Shown here: one piece after another, positions 62,726 through 64,000 of the stretch
How the letters are laid out: every line of letters starts with the position of its first letter
Position numbering within the stretch: the stretch's first letter is position 1
From: Anolis carolinensis
Taxonomy: Eukaryota
Direction of reading: 5' to 3'
Assembly (NCBI RefSeq): GCF_035594765.1
Contig: NC_085843.1
Coordinates: 135,819,971 to 135,883,970 of the forward strand
DNA length: 64,000 nucleotides
The notes under the pieces: model-generated
What the model was told of the DNA's origin: nothing
Database searches by the model: none
Seen by the model: only the letters and a program-made list of their open reading frames with translations
Position numbers and translations under genes: made by a program

Positions 62726-64000
62726 TAAAGATGTAATCAATGACTGTGATATGATTTTCCAGTATGCTTGAGTGATTTTATTCATCATTGCTGTACATTG
62801 CTTGTAAGTAGAGCTCACCACTAAATGTAAAATAATAACAAATGAAGACCAATCACAAAAGAGGTAATAATATCTATTTGAATATACTCTTTCTCAGCAA
62901 CATCAGCACCAGCACAATCTATTATCCTTATAAAAGTTAGGATGATTGAGTGCTATCATTAAAACTTAGAGATGGGATTTTAGATCAAGTTGATTCCAGG
63001 TAAAAATTCCATATAATTAGATGCTTGCAATAAAATATAATCTGTGTGTGTGTGTTATGAAATCTGGACTAATTCTATGCAAAATTTGCATACTATTGTT
63101 TTTACTGGGAGCAGCATTTTCTACGAGAAAACACCATTATTTTAAGTCATTTTCTGTGCAGAAAATGCTGCCTTCTGGATGAAGCAACCACATGTGGATT
63201 TTCTTTATTTATTGAATTTATTTCCCACACTTCTCCTAAGATGGGAGTTTTCCTAATCGTCTGGAATTTTGCCAACTGCCAAATAGAGAATAGTATTTGA
63301 AAACTGCACAGTGTTTTAAGATTTCCTTGCTCTGTGGAGAAAATGACTAACATTGCTGTTTGATTCCTTCAACAAGAAAATGATTAAAACATTAGATCTC
63401 TATCATTTTGGCCCAACAGTTCTTAGAGCAGTGTCCAAGTTAAATTAAATACCAGCAGGTTGAGCTTCAATGACATATATGCAAACAGGTAACATTTTTA
63501 AAAAGTTGTCAGTGTTTCCATTAAAAATAAAATCTGTATGATCAGTAAACAAATAGCATAATATACATATTAGGTTTTACAGTTACATTGAACCAGAAAA
63601 TTGCATGTTTACTATAGAGGTAGTTAGTTCCCTATTCCTTTTCACATGAACTAGACTAAAGTTTCAGTTTGAAGTAGTGAAACAAAGATCAATAACTTCA
63701 TTGCTACCTCATTGTCCTGGCTGGAGGGTTATTTGTGGGTAGGGAATATTGTGTGGGGAAGGATTATGCTGGCCCTTCCAATCTGCCATTCTATTGGTTT
63801 TAATTGTATTCCTCTCTTATGATTTTGAATCTGCTTTTTTAGATATTCAGATTTCTAGGCCAAGATTCCCATCAAACATGAATATGTATCTAAGTTCCTC
63901 ACATGAATGAACAATCACCATCAATCATGAAGCTAATTTAAACTCTGGACTTGACAGTCTAATTTGGGTGGGCTCTTGATAGGGCAATATGATTTACTTC

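Overview
Eukaryotic, AT-rich, repeat-dense DNA from a squamate reptile. It is most likely an Anolis lizard, inferred from the Sauria-type SINEs and the associated repeat set; family names are from recognition, not a database search. I found no recognisable host protein-coding exon, tRNA, rRNA or CRISPR array, so the window reads as intronic or intergenic. Nearly all long ORFs come from transposons. The main elements are: a 5'-complete but ORF1-less L1 (3839-9341, -, 15-bp TSD); an Ngaro-type tyrosine-recombinase retrotransposon with gag, RT/RNaseH, a decayed YR and an SGNH-hydrolase ORF (~19536-25785, -); a DIRS1-type remnant; two non-autonomous Helitrons carrying TE-derived cargo; several hAT elements with 8-bp TSDs; two or three solo LTRs; L1/L2/CR1 fragments; Sauria SINEs; MITEs; and a Vingi-type short element. 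There are two assembly gaps. The most interesting observations are apparent splice acceptors placed exactly in front of the gag and SGNH ORFs of the Ngaro element (with a YY1-motif array in the putative leader intron), Helitron and hAT elements built as patchworks of other TEs, an HDV-like ribozyme fold, a twin-primed inverted SINE, and a non-TE hairpin. I cannot support a wholly new biological system from the sequence alone.
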